Below, piece after piece: positions 27,336-37,700 of a stretch of 64,000 bases of DNA. Every line of letters starts with the position of its first letter. Position 1 is the first letter of the stretch. The stretch comes from an uncultured Verrucomicrobiae bacterium (GTDB lineage: Bacteria; Verrucomicrobiota; Verrucomicrobiia; Chthoniobacterales; JAATET01), in the NCBI GenBank assembly GCA_963719495.1, contig CAVRCI010000008.1:1-64000 (forward strand), given 5' to 3'. A program made the position numbers and the translations under genes. The notes under the pieces were generated by a model. That model ran no database searches, had not been told where the DNA came from, and saw only the letters and a list, made by a program, of their open reading frames with translations.

Positions 27336-29313
27336 TGCAGCGGGTGAGGTAGAGATTGCGGAGTTTGTCCGATTCAGGAGCGGCTTGGAAGTGGTCGGCG
27401 GCTTCGGCGAATTGGCGGTTGCGGTAGTGGGTGATGCCCTGTTCCCAAGCGGAGGGCCATTCGTCCGTTGCGTCGACGAGGGTGAAGATCTCGACGGGGT
27501 GGGATTTGCCGACGACTTGAACGAGGTCGACGGTGCGGAGGGGGAATTCGCCGCGGATGAGGTCGGCGCAGGGGCCGGAGACGCAGGTGGTGACGCCGTA
27601 TTTTTTCGTGAGGCCTTCAACGCGGGAGGCGAGGTTGACGGCGTCGCCGATGACGGTGGGTTCCATCTTTTCCGTGGATCCGATGTTGCCGAAGACGGCG
27701 TCGCCGTGGTGGAGGCCGATGCCGATGGCGAAGGGGGGGAGGCCGCGGGTGGCCCAATCGGCGTTGAGGTGGGCGAGACTGGCCTGCATTTCGACCGTGG
27801 CGAGGGCGGCCTGGCGGGCGTCGGCGGCGTGGCCCTGACTGATGACGTTGCCCCAGACGGCCATGATCCCGTCGCCCATGAATTTGTCGACGGTGCCGTT
27901 GTGCGCGAAAATGATGCGGACCATTTCGGCGAGGTATTCGTTGAGCTGGGTGACGACGGCGGTGGCGTCGTGGCTCTCGGAGAAGGTGGTGAAGCCGCGG
28001 ACGTCGGAGAAGAAGACTGTCATCGGTCGGCGGGTGCCGCCGAGGGCGGTGAGGAAGTCGTCGCGGTGGTCGAGGATCTCGCGGACGACGTTGCGGGAGA
28101 CGTAGCGGTCGAGGGTGGAGCGAAGGCGACCGGATTCGCGGCGTTCGGCGGCGAAATTCCACGCGATGCAGGCGACCCCCGCGAGAAGGAGGGTGGTGGT
28201 GGGTTGGAGGGTTTCCAGGAGGACGTCAAAGGCGTGGGCGACCCCGAAAACGAACGCGAAGTAGCCAACGCCGACCCCGACGAGGAGCAGGATGGCGGAG
28301 ACGGGTTGGCGGAAGCGGCGGGTGATGAGCCACGCGGCGGTGGCGGCGAGAACAACCAGGAGGGCGGTGAGGCCGAAGTCGGGGGGGTGATAGAAGGCGC
28401 CGCGCATCGTGGCGGCGACGGCGTTGAGGTGGAGAAGGGGGCCGGGGATGGTCCCGAGCGGCGTGAGGTGAAAATCCTGGAGGATCGCGGCGCTCGGTCC
28501 GATGACGACGATTTTGTCGCGGAAGAGCGTGCCGTTTTGGCAGAGCGATTGCCAATCGGGGTCGAAGAGAACGGAGTAGAACGGGACGACGGTGAGGGTC
28601 GAAAGGTCGCCGAAGCGGAAGGCGTGGCGCGATTCGTCGGCGGGAATCGTTTCGGCGAAGCCGAGTTGGCTGAGCGTGCGGGCGGCGAGGGATTGGAATT
28701 CGGTCGCGTCGGCGTGTGCGATGCCCTGGCGGGTGCGGTAGACGGCGGAGCGGACGACTCCGTCGGGTTCGGGCCAGAAATTGACGAACCCCACGCGGTC
28801 GTCCTCGCGGCCGTTGGCGACGAGGGTCGGGGCGGGGACGCGGAGGGCGGCGGCTGAGCCGTCTTCGGCGATGTTGGCCCCGAGCGTGATGCGGTCGGGG
28901 TGTCGGTCGAGGGTGGCGCGGAGGGCGGTGTCGCCGGGACGCTCGGCGTCGAGGATGAGGTCGAGGAGGACGACGCGGGCGTCGGCGGCGAGGAGACGTT
29001 CGATGGCGGCGGCGTAGACGTCGCGTGGCCAGGGCCAGCCTCGGGCCATGGCTTGGAGCGGCGGAGAATCCGCGTAGTCCTCGGGCCAGAGGTGGTCCAT
29101 CTTGATGGATGGATCGTCGATGGCGACGAAGACGAAGTCGTCGAGCGGGTAGGTCGGTTGCGAGGTGACGATGCGGTCGCCGACGTCAGCGGAGAATTTG
29201 CGCAGCGGCTCGAGGAGCTGAAACGCGAGGAGGACGATCAGGGCGACGAGCGCGCACAGGCCGGCCATTTCGGCGAGGCGGCGGCGGGATCGGCGGGCGG
29301 CGGCGGTCTGCAC
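27271..29313 (-). CDS. CHASE2-domain adenylate/guanylate cyclase
   Basis: IDD..WPWPR, PG..LH (CHASE2), three TM helices, FSDVRGFT, KFMGDG, TVIGDAVNLASR; start estimated (GTG). Confidence 0.93.
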   Translation of the reverse strand: MQTAAARRSRRRLAEMAGLCALVALIVLLAFQLLEPLRKFSADVGDRIVTSQPTYPLDDFVFVAIDDPSIKMDHLWPEDYADSPPLQAMARGWPWPRDVYAAAIERLLAADARVVLLDLILDAERPGDTALRATLDRHPDRITLGANIAEDGSAAALRVPAPTLVANGREDDRVGFVNFWPEPDGVVRSAVYRTRQGIAHADATEFQSLAARTLSQLGFAETIPADESRHAFRFGDLSTLTVVPFYSVLFDPDWQSLCQNGTLFRDKIVVIGPSAAILQDFHLTPLGTIPGPLLHLNAVAATMRGAFYHPPDFGLTALLVVLAATAAWLITRRFRQPVSAILLLVGVGVGYFAFVFGVAHAFDVLLETLQPTTTLLLAGVACIAWNFAAERRESGRLRSTLDRYVSRNVVREILDHRDDFLTALGGTRRPMTVFFSDVRGFTTFSESHDATAVVTQLNEYLAEMVRIIFAHNGTVDKFMGDGIMAVWGNVISQGHAADARQAALATVEMQASLAHLNADWATRGLPPFAIGIGLHHGDAVFGNIGSTEKMEPTVIGDAVNLASRVEGLTKKYGVTTCVSGPCADLIRGEFPLRTVDLVQVVGKSHPVEIFTLVDATDEWPSAWEQGITHYRNRQFAEAADHFQAAPESDKLRNLYLTRCTTFSADPPPDGWDGTEIATTK

Positions 29314-29431
29314 TGGGGGGGAGGGTGACTGGTGAGGGGTGAATGGTGAAGAGTGAATGGTGAATGGTGAATGGTGGAATGAATTCGGCGGTGGCTTGAC
29401 CATGCGGAGCCTAGCGGGCAGGGTATTGGTT

Positions 29432-30364
29432 ATGGCGATGAAGGCTTTGTTAGCAGCGGTTATCGCGGGGCTTCTTACGGGGAGTGCGGTCGCGCAAAAC
29501 GCCGGTGGGGCCGAGCAGCGGGTGGCTGCGACTCCGACTCTGCGGGGCGGCGTGGTCGACAACGCGATTGGTTCGGTCGACAGCTTCGCGCCGGCGAGTT
29601 CGGGCGATCCCGACATTGGCGAACAGGTCCTCCTGCAGCCGGCGGACAGCTACCAGGCGTTCTCGGCGTGGACGAATTGGAACTACTTTTGGACGAGTAA
29701 TCCCGACCTGCTCGACGACACGGCGGGCTCCGATGGATTGTTGACGGGATCGGTTGGTGGGAGTTGGTTGCCTTATCTGGGGCATAATCTCTTTGCGGAA
29801 TTTTCGGTCGAACAGAGCATTTTTCGTTACGCGACGCGGACGGACCTCGATTTCGACGCGCTGTCGCTCACCGCTGGTCTCGTCTACGTGATCCGCGATC
29901 TGGACGACCTGACGCTCTTCACGAATTACGGTTACGATCTGCTGACCGATCAGCGTTGGGACGGGGAGATTTTCCACAGCCACGAGATCGTCGCGGGAGT
30001 GCGGAAGGTTTTTTCGATCTCCCGGGGGCAGCGGGTTTACTCGTCGCTCTCGGCGGACTTCGTGATCGGTGGCCAGCCCGATTACGCGCTGCGGCACGAT
30101 TTCGTCTGGCTGAACGGGTATCAGGCCAACCTCACGCGCAACCTCAAGCTCGACCTCTATTACCAAATCTCGGCGCAGGCCTACACCGAGGTGGATCGGG
30201 CTGATCTGAATCAACTGATCGGGGGCGGTCTGACGCTCGGGATCACGCGGTGGTTGAGCGTGCAGACGACGGCGACGCTGGGGATCAACGACTCGACGGA
30301 AGAATTCTACGACTACTTCTCGGCCAACATCGGCGGGGGGATCGGCGTGCTCGTCAATTTCTGA
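29432..30364 (+). CDS. Putative outer-membrane beta-barrel protein
   Basis: Signal peptide, amphipathic strands rich in aromatics, C-terminal VLVNF. Confidence 0.8.
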   Translation: MAMKALLAAVIAGLLTGSAVAQNAGGAEQRVAATPTLRGGVVDNAIGSVDSFAPASSGDPDIGEQVLLQPADSYQAFSAWTNWNYFWTSNPDLLDDTAGSDGLLTGSVGGSWLPYLGHNLFAEFSVEQSIFRYATRTDLDFDALSLTAGLVYVIRDLDDLTLFTNYGYDLLTDQRWDGEIFHSHEIVAGVRKVFSISRGQRVYSSLSADFVIGGQPDYALRHDFVWLNGYQANLTRNLKLDLYYQISAQAYTEVDRADLNQLIGGGLTLGITRWLSVQTTATLGINDSTEEFYDYFSANIGGGIGVLVNF

Positions 30365-30366
30365 TC

Positions 30367-31392
30367 ATGAAAATTCCAACCCATCTTCTCATTGCGGCGA
30401 TTGCGCTGGGGACCGCGACCGCGGCCGATCTGGAACAAGCCTCCGTAACCCGCGTTTTCAACGACGTGGAATTGCTACCGCCGGATGCGGGTGCCCGACC
30501 GGCGGCGGTTGGCGATGCGGTGAGTGGTCGGACGGCGGTGCAGACCGGCAACCAGTCGCGGGCCGAGTTGACGTTCAACGACCAGACGCTGGCTCGCTTG
30601 GGAGGGAATTCCGTTTTCAGTTTCGAGCGCGGCACCCGCGACCTCAACCTCGAGAAAGGCGTGATCCTTCTGCAGGTCCCGAAGAACGCCGGAGGTGCGA
30701 AGATCAACACGGCGGCGGTGACGGCGGCGGTGACCGGCACGACCGTGATGGTCGAATCCGACGTGGACGCCGAGGGCAAGGGCATCATGAAATTTATCGT
30801 GCTGGAAGGCGTGATGCGGCTCTCGCTGAACGGTAAACTCGGTGAGTCGGTGCTGCTCGAGGCCGGACAAATGATCAGCGTGCCGGCCGATGCGAACAGT
30901 CTGCCCAACCCGGTGACGGTCGATCTGGCGCGCTTGATGGCGACATCGGGATTGATGAGCGATCAATTCACGCCCTTCCCGAACGAGCCGCTCATTCTCG
31001 AAGCGGCCCGCGAGCAGCAAGTGATTAAGTCGGAGGGGAGCTTGATCACGGTCGATTACGCGCTCAAGGGAGACCAGGTGAGTCCGACCCTGCAAACGGT
31101 CACGGATGCGAATCAGGCTCAGATTCGGACGAGCACGATCCAGCCCCCGCAGCCGCCCAATCGTCCCGCGACCACAAATCGCCCAGCCGCACCGCAACCG
31201 GTGCGGAATCCACCGGCCCCCAACCCACCGGTGCCGAATCCTCCCCAGCCCAAACCGCCCAATCCGAAACCGCCCAAGCCGCCGCCGGCTCCGAAGCCGA
31301 AACCGCCCCAGCCCAAGCCCGTGCCGCCGCCGGTGCCGCCGGCACCAGCTCCCGCGCCGGGGCCCGGGAATTCCCCGGTGCCGGATCTGTAG
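30367..31392 (+). CDS. Exported FecR-domain protein with Pro-rich tail
   Basis: VQTGNQSRAELTFND..RLGGNSVF, TAAVTGT; 2 nt after the beta-barrel gene. Confidence 0.88.
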   Translation: MKIPTHLLIAAIALGTATAADLEQASVTRVFNDVELLPPDAGARPAAVGDAVSGRTAVQTGNQSRAELTFNDQTLARLGGNSVFSFERGTRDLNLEKGVILLQVPKNAGGAKINTAAVTAAVTGTTVMVESDVDAEGKGIMKFIVLEGVMRLSLNGKLGESVLLEAGQMISVPADANSLPNPVTVDLARLMATSGLMSDQFTPFPNEPLILEAAREQQVIKSEGSLITVDYALKGDQVSPTLQTVTDANQAQIRTSTIQPPQPPNRPATTNRPAAPQPVRNPPAPNPPVPNPPQPKPPNPKPPKPPPAPKPKPPQPKPVPPPVPPAPAPAPGPGNSPVPDL

Positions 31393-31492
31393 TCGCAACG
31401 GAGTGGTGCGGCTTCCAGCGAAGTCGCTTGCCAACTCGCGCGCGGCGTGGGTTCCACCTTGGCGGTTCGCCGCGATCCGGTAGCTTGGACGC

Positions 31493-32413
31493 ATGAAGCG
31501 GCTGCTGCTCGTTGACGGGCATTACTTTCTCTACCGGTCCTACTTTGCCATCCGGGGGCTGACGAATTCGAAGGGCGAGGCGACGAACGCGATCTTTGGA
31601 TTCACGAAAGCGCTGCGGCGGATGCTGGTGGACCTCCAGCCGGACTTGGCGGCGGTGATCTGGGACGCGGGGCTGCCGGAGCGGCGCACGGAATTGCAGC
31701 CGGAATACAAGCAGAACCGGCCGTCGATGCCGGACGACATGCGTCCGCAGGAGTCGTTTCTGCAGGACGTGATGGTGCCGGCGCTGGGGATCCGGTGTCT
31801 GTCGCTGCCGCAGACCGAGGCGGACGATTTGATTGCCTCATATGCGCTGGCGTTCGAAGGAGAGACGGTGATCGCGACGAACGACAAGGACATCCTGCAA
31901 CTCGTATCGGACCGGATTCGGATCTATTCGACGAACAAGACGGACGTGGCGGACAAGGAACTCGGATACGGGTTGCTGGGCCTGCCGGAGATCCGGGAGA
32001 AGTGGGGCGTCGAGCCGCGCCGGATTCACGACGTGCTGGCGCTCACCGGAGACAGCTCGGACAACATCCCGGGCGTCGAGGGGATCGGGCAGAAGACGGC
32101 GGGGGCGTTGATCAATCAGTTTGGTTCGGTCGAAGACCTGCTCGAGCGAACGGGCGAGATCAAGAGCGACAAGGTGCGGGCGAAGGTCGAGGCGGCGGCG
32201 GACCTCATCCGGCAGAACCGCGAAATGGTGCGGCTGGACCTGGACCTCGGATTGCCGGTGGCGTGCGAGGAATTGCGGATCGCGCCCGATTATCCGACGC
32301 TGGTGTCGGCGGTGAGCCGGTGTGAGTTCAAGTCGTTGCTGAAGGAGGTCGAGCGGGAAGCACGGGAAGAGAAGGATCCGGGCGTCGGGGCGGTTCAGGG
32401 TGAGATGTTTTGA
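31493..32413 (+). CDS. Stand-alone 5'-3' exonuclease / flap endonuclease (PolA N-terminal-like)
   Basis: LLVDG, EYKQNR, EADD, DKD, GDSSDNIPGVEGIG. Confidence 0.92.
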   Translation: MKRLLLVDGHYFLYRSYFAIRGLTNSKGEATNAIFGFTKALRRMLVDLQPDLAAVIWDAGLPERRTELQPEYKQNRPSMPDDMRPQESFLQDVMVPALGIRCLSLPQTEADDLIASYALAFEGETVIATNDKDILQLVSDRIRIYSTNKTDVADKELGYGLLGLPEIREKWGVEPRRIHDVLALTGDSSDNIPGVEGIGQKTAGALINQFGSVEDLLERTGEIKSDKVRAKVEAAADLIRQNREMVRLDLDLGLPVACEELRIAPDYPTLVSAVSRCEFKSLLKEVEREAREEKDPGVGAVQGEMF

Positions 32414-32503
32414 CCGCAGATTACGCAGATTACGCAGATGATACCGAATGCACGGCAGATCACCTCACCCGTATCATCTGCGCAATCCGCGTAATCTGCG
32501 GTC
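32413..32503. repeat. 9-mer palindromic element (CGCAGATTA)3...(TAATCTGCG)
   Basis: Inverted arms visible in the sequence. Confidence 0.85.
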
Positions 32504-32572
32504 CAACCTCATTGAACTGATCCGAGGTGGTTTTGATTGGGCGGCGACAAGTTCTGTGGTTCAATTTTGCCA

Positions 32573-33322
32573 ATGTCGGAGATGTTTGAAGGTCAGGTTG
32601 CGGTCGTGACGGGTGCGGGTCGGGGGATCGGGGAGGCGATTGCGAAGAGGTTCGCGGCGGGTGGTGCGAGGGTCGCGATTGTCAGCCGCACGGAGGCGAA
32701 TTCGCAACGGGTCGCGGATGCGATCAACGCCGGGCGGGCCGACACGGCGAGGGCTTACGCGGTGGACGTGGCGGATTTCGACGCGGTGCAGACGGTCGGC
32801 GAGGCGATTCTTGCGGACTTTGGCAGGGTGGACATTTTGGTCAATAACGCGGGGATCACGCGGGATGGTTTGGCGATGCGGATGTCGTCGGACGATTGGG
32901 ACGCGGTGCTGGCGACGAATCTCAAGGGCGCTTTTAATTTTACGCGGGCGGTGTTGCGACCGCTGGTGAAGCAGCGGTCGGGGCGGATCATTAACATCAG
33001 CTCGGTGAGCGGATTGATGGGATTGGCCGGGCAGGCCAATTACGCGGCGAGCAAGGCGGGTCTCATCGGCATGACGAAGGCGATGGCGCGGGAGGTCGCG
33101 TCGCGCGGGATCACGGTGAACGTGGTGGCGCCGGGGTTCATCGAGACCGACATGACGGCGGACCTTTCGGAGGAAATCCGCAAGGGGGCGCAGGCGCAGA
33201 TTCCGCAATCGCGCTTCGGTGCGGTCGAGGACATCGCGGCGGCGGTGGCGTTTTTTGCCGGGGCGGAAGCGGCGTTCATCACCGGTCAAACGCTCGCGGT
33301 GGACGGCGGGATGTCGATGTAG
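32573..33322 (+). CDS. fabG: 3-oxoacyl-ACP reductase
   Basis: TGAGRGIG, NNAGITRD, YAASK, PGFIETDM. Confidence 0.93.
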   Translation: MSEMFEGQVAVVTGAGRGIGEAIAKRFAAGGARVAIVSRTEANSQRVADAINAGRADTARAYAVDVADFDAVQTVGEAILADFGRVDILVNNAGITRDGLAMRMSSDDWDAVLATNLKGAFNFTRAVLRPLVKQRSGRIINISSVSGLMGLAGQANYAASKAGLIGMTKAMAREVASRGITVNVVAPGFIETDMTADLSEEIRKGAQAQIPQSRFGAVEDIAAAVAFFAGAEAAFITGQTLAVDGGMSM

Positions 33323-33325
33323 GTC

Positions 33326-33796
33326 ATGTTGGTTTCCTTTCTGCGACACGCCGAAGCCGAGGACATTGCGACGTCCGACTTCGACCGGGCGTTGACGGCG
33401 AAGGGGCTGGAGCAGGCGGACAAGGTGGGGGTTTTTTGCGCGCGATTCGGGTTGGTGCCCGACGTGATTCTGTCGAGTCCGCTGGTGCGGGCGGAGCAGA
33501 CGGCGCGGTGCGTCGCGAAGCGGTTGGGGGGCGCGGAGGTGGTGATCGAGCGGTGGATCGCGAGCGGGATGGGGGCGGAGAATTTTTTCGAGGAGATCGC
33601 GGCTTACGCGAAGATGACGAGCGTGATCGTCGTGGGCCACGAGCCGGATCTCAGCGAGACGATCTCGGCGTCGCTGGGGGTGACGAGCGCGACGGCGATC
33701 CAGGTGCGCAAGGCTTCGCTGACGATGATCGATCTTCGCGCGGTGCGCGCGGGTGCCGGGCGGTTGCAATTTTCGATTCCGGTGCGGTTGATGTGA
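33326..33796 (+). CDS. sixA: Phosphohistidine phosphatase SixA
   Basis: LRHAEA, SSPLVRAEQTA, VGHEP. Confidence 0.88.
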   Translation: MLVSFLRHAEAEDIATSDFDRALTAKGLEQADKVGVFCARFGLVPDVILSSPLVRAEQTARCVAKRLGGAEVVIERWIASGMGAENFFEEIAAYAKMTSVIVVGHEPDLSETISASLGVTSATAIQVRKASLTMIDLRAVRAGAGRLQFSIPVRLM

Positions 33797-33818
33797 ACGT
33801 CCCGCGACTTTTTTGCTT

Positions 33819-34496
33819 ATGAAACCAAACGTCATTCATTCTCAGGACTTCGTGGCCGACGCGGTTGCGCTCATTGGACGTGCCGCCACCGAGGCGATTG
33901 CGGAGCGCGGGGAGTTCCGGCTGGCGCTGAGTGGCGGGAATACGCCGAAGCCGGTTTACGCGGCGCTCACGGAGAGCGGGATTGATTGGACGAAGGTGGT
34001 GGTGACGTTCGGCGACGAGCGGTGCGTGGCGCCGGACGACGCGGAGAGTAATTTTCGAATGGCGAGCGAGTCGCTGCTGAATCGGGTGACGATCCCGGCG
34101 GAGAACGTGCTGCGGATGGCGGGGGAACGGGATCCGGCGGACGCGGCGGCGGCCTACGAGGCGGAATTGCGGCGGCGGTCGCCGGACGGGGTTTTTCGGC
34201 ACGACTTGGTGTTGCTGGGGATGGGGCCGGATGGGCACACGGCCTCGCTGTTTCCGGGGACCGTGGCGCTGGATGAGAGCGGGCGGTGGGTGGTGGAGAA
34301 TTACGTGCCGCAGAAGGAGACTTGGCGGCTGACGTTCACGTATCCGCTGATCGACGCGGCTCGGCACGTTTGCTTCCTGGTGAACAGCGCGGGGAAGGAT
34401 GAGATTCTGGCGGAGGTGTTCAGCGGGACTTCGACGTATCCCTGCGCGGCGGTGGCACCGGGGGATGGGGTGGTGACTTGGTTGTTGGGGGCTTAG
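33819..34496 (+). CDS. pgl: 6-phosphogluconolactonase
   Basis: LSGGNTP, GDERCV, GMGPDGHTASLFP. Confidence 0.95.
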   Translation: MKPNVIHSQDFVADAVALIGRAATEAIAERGEFRLALSGGNTPKPVYAALTESGIDWTKVVVTFGDERCVAPDDAESNFRMASESLLNRVTIPAENVLRMAGERDPADAAAAYEAELRRRSPDGVFRHDLVLLGMGPDGHTASLFPGTVALDESGRWVVENYVPQKETWRLTFTYPLIDAARHVCFLVNSAGKDEILAEVFSGTSTYPCAAVAPGDGVVTWLLGA

Positions 34497-34592
34497 GGTG
34501 ATGGAGTGCGGCTTCGCCGTTGGGTTGGGTCGGCGATTGCAAATCGCCGCTCCTTGAATCACGCCAAATCGCACGATTGACGCGACCATTGC

Positions 34593-34684
34593 TGTAGCGG
34601 CGGTCTGTGACCGCCGGTGGCCTTGCGAGGGGACGAGGTTCTTTTTTCGGGGAAGTCAGCGGCGGTCATAGACGCGCCGCTACA
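34593..34684. repeat. REPIN-like inverted pair of GTAG-headed hairpins
   Basis: TGTAG-CGGCGGTC-TGT-GACCGCCG ... CGGCGGTCATAGACGCGCCG-CTACA. Confidence 0.8.
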
Positions 34685-34707
34685 ATTGCGGTCTTTGCGA
34701 AATGGGG

Positions 34708-37700
34708 TTACTTCTTTTTGCGGGTGGCGATTGTTGCTGTGGCGGCGGTTAGGAGGAGGATGAGGATGGCGTGGGTGGGGTGGGTGGTCGTTTTCGGCTC
34801 GAGGTCGAGTTCGAGGGTGAGGGGGGTGGCTTCGTTGACTTGGATGCTTCTCGTGAAGGTGATGATTTTTCCGGCTTCCGGGATGGTGACGTCGATGGCG
34901 CCGGGGGCGGGTTCGGTGGCGAGTTGTTGCTCGACGATGCGGTCGGCGATGCCGCGGAGGGCGGTGTTCTCTTCAATCGTGTTGCCCAGGAGGAGCTGGT
35001 CCATCTGCTGGGGATCGTAGCCGGTGCCGCCTTGCATGAAGGGGTTGGCGTTGGCGGCTTGCTCGAGCTGCTCGTTGCGTTCGGTGACGGTGGCGCGGTT
35101 GTCCAAGTAGAGTCGCTGGCGGCGGGTGTTGAGGCCGACGACGGCTTGCTGGGTGAGGAGGGATTTTAATTGGACGCGGGCGTCTTCGTTGGTGGCCTCG
35201 TCGAGGGCGAAATTGTTGGCGGCTTTGCCGAGGGCTTCGCCGGCTTCCTGCTGCCTCCCTTGTTCAATGAGCGTGTTCGCTTTTTCGATGAGGGCGTTGG
35301 CGCGTTTGGCTTCGTCGGTGCGGGCGCTGGTCGATTGGGTCTGGTATTTCTCGAGGCCCCAGGAGCGGGTGGCGGTTTCTTCCTGGAGGCGGAGGCCGCC
35401 TTCGTAGTCGGCGAGGTCGGTGCCGGGCGGGAGGATGACGCGCCAGGTGACGTCGACGAGGGGGACGTCGAGGTTGGGGCCGAGGAGGTCGATCTTGGAA
35501 CGCGACGAAGCGGGGACGGAGTAGACGAGGCGAACGCGGGCGGAGCGGTCGGCGTCGGAATTCGGTGAGACGCTGAGGAGGGTGGCGTCTTCGGCGCGAA
35601 CGACGGCCACGCTCTGGTCGTTGACGAAGGCGCTGAAGAGTTGGGCGTCGGGCGGGAGCTGGACGCGGAGGGAACTTTTCTCGACGACTTCGACGTCGAG
35701 TGCGACGGCGTTGAGGGTGGGGCCGAGCGGGGAGACGAGGGTGGTGAGGTCGGCCCGCGTGACGCGGAGGCGGAGGGCGTCGGCGAGGTCGTGGCGCTCG
35801 ACGCGGACCGTGAGGGGACCTTCGGGTTCGGCGACGCGGTAGCAGAGCGTCGGGATGCCGCGGTCGGTGGGGTTCTGGAGATCGGGCGGGACGGCGCTCC
35901 AATCGGCGCGTTGCCAGCCGCGCGGGACGGTGGCGGCGGCAAGTTCGACGCGACCGTCGGCGCGGACCGCCACCGTTTGGGTGACTTGCCGGGTGGCTTC
36001 GAAGGTGGGGACGCCGATGGATTCGAGGCCTTGGTCGCGGTCGGTCTGGGCCTGGAATTCGATCTGGACGTCGGTGGTGCCGATGATGCCGCGCTCGAAG
36101 CGGATCTCCCAGAGGTCGGGGGCGTCGGGGAGTTGGACGAGGTCGTTGACGGCGGGGCCGGTGGCTCGGACGGTCGCGGCCTGGGCCTCGGTGAGGCCCG
36201 GGAGGTGGAGGCGGAGGGTTTTCACGGCGGCGTTCTCGACGCGATAGGCGAGGGCCAGGCGGGTGAGGGTTTGGCCTTCGCGGAGGGTGACGTCCTGGAG
36301 GGTCTCGACGGTGACCCACGGGTCGAGGGCTTCGATGCCGAGCGTGAGGCTCCAATTTTCCTGGAGCAGGCGGAACGCGAGGGCGCCGGCGCGGGTCTCG
36401 CCGGCGGCGCGCGAGTCGAGTTGGGAGACGTTTTCGCGGTCGACTTCGCGGAGGCGGAGGCCCGGCTCGGGGACGAGGATGAGTTCGCCGGTCTGGCGGG
36501 TGGCCTCGCGGAGGAGGAGGCGCGGGACGGGCCAGGACGCTTGGGCGGCGGGGGCGGGGCCGACGAGGGTGAGGGCGAAGGCCTGGTCGCCGAGGGTGCG
36601 GCCGTTGAGTTGGAGGGTCACGACGCGGTCGGCTTGGGTCCATTGGCTGAGAGCCGGGCCGCTGATGGCTTCGACTTCGAGATCGGCGGGGAGGACGAAG
36701 CTGAGGCTGAAGAGTCCGGCGCGGGTGATCGAAACTTTCAAATCGGCGGCGAGGACGAGACGGTCGTCACCGAACGAGAAGACCTGACGGCTGACGGCGC
36801 GGACCTCGGGCGCGACCGGGGCGACGCGGAGGGTGATCTCGTCGCCCGCGGCTCCGGTGCGGAAGACGTTCTGGAGGGTGGCGAGGGGTTGGCCGTCCTT
36901 TGATTTCGGGAGGAGGGTGTCGTCGAAGTCCTGGAGGTTGACGGGGGTGGGACCCCGGACGTTTTCCGGCTGGGCTTCGCCGCCGAAAGCGAGCGCGATC
37001 ATGCCGACCTCACCCTCGGCGGCGGGGATGCGAAGCGGGGCGACCGTGAGATCGACCGGGAGGTCGGCCGTGCCACGTTGGGTCTCGACGTCGAAGGTGA
37101 AGGTGTCCGTTTGGGCCGGGGTGATCTCGACGTGGAGGCGGTGGCTGGCGGGGTCGAAGCGCCAGGCGGTGACGGGGCCGTTGGTGACGTCGCCGACGGT
37201 GAAGGCGGGCGGGACGGTGATTTCGAGGGTGGTGACCTGACCCTGGACGGGGCGGATGGTGAAGCGGCTGGTGCCGCTGACGACGCCGGGGGCGGGGACG
37301 AAGAGCTGGTCGGCTTCGACGAAGAATTCCGTCGCCTCGGCGGCGGTGTCGCGGGTGCGGGTGCGGACGTGGATGACCGGGTTGCCGCCGGGTTGGAGGA
37401 CGAGGGTCGCGCCGCTGGCGTCGGCGGGGAGGTCGGTGCGGGGTTGGACGCTCACGGCGGCGGGCGAGGTGAATTCCCAGCCGTTTTCGTCGAGGCGGAC
37501 GGTGACGCGTTGGACCGCGGCGGGGCCGGTGACGAGGGGGAGGCCCTTGGTGAGATCGGGGACGGGGAGTTCGAACGTGGCGCGGGCGGTGAAGGTGCCG
37601 TCGCGGTCGAGGGCGACGAAGTAGTCGGTTGCATCGCCGCGCGGGACCTTGGTGACACGGAGGCCTTCGGGGGCCTCGAACGCAATGAGGGTGGCGGGGG

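Noticed and set aside
29314..29616. N-terminal extension of the cyclase
   Set aside because: Translates the 7-mer array and overlaps the opposite-strand beta-barrel gene
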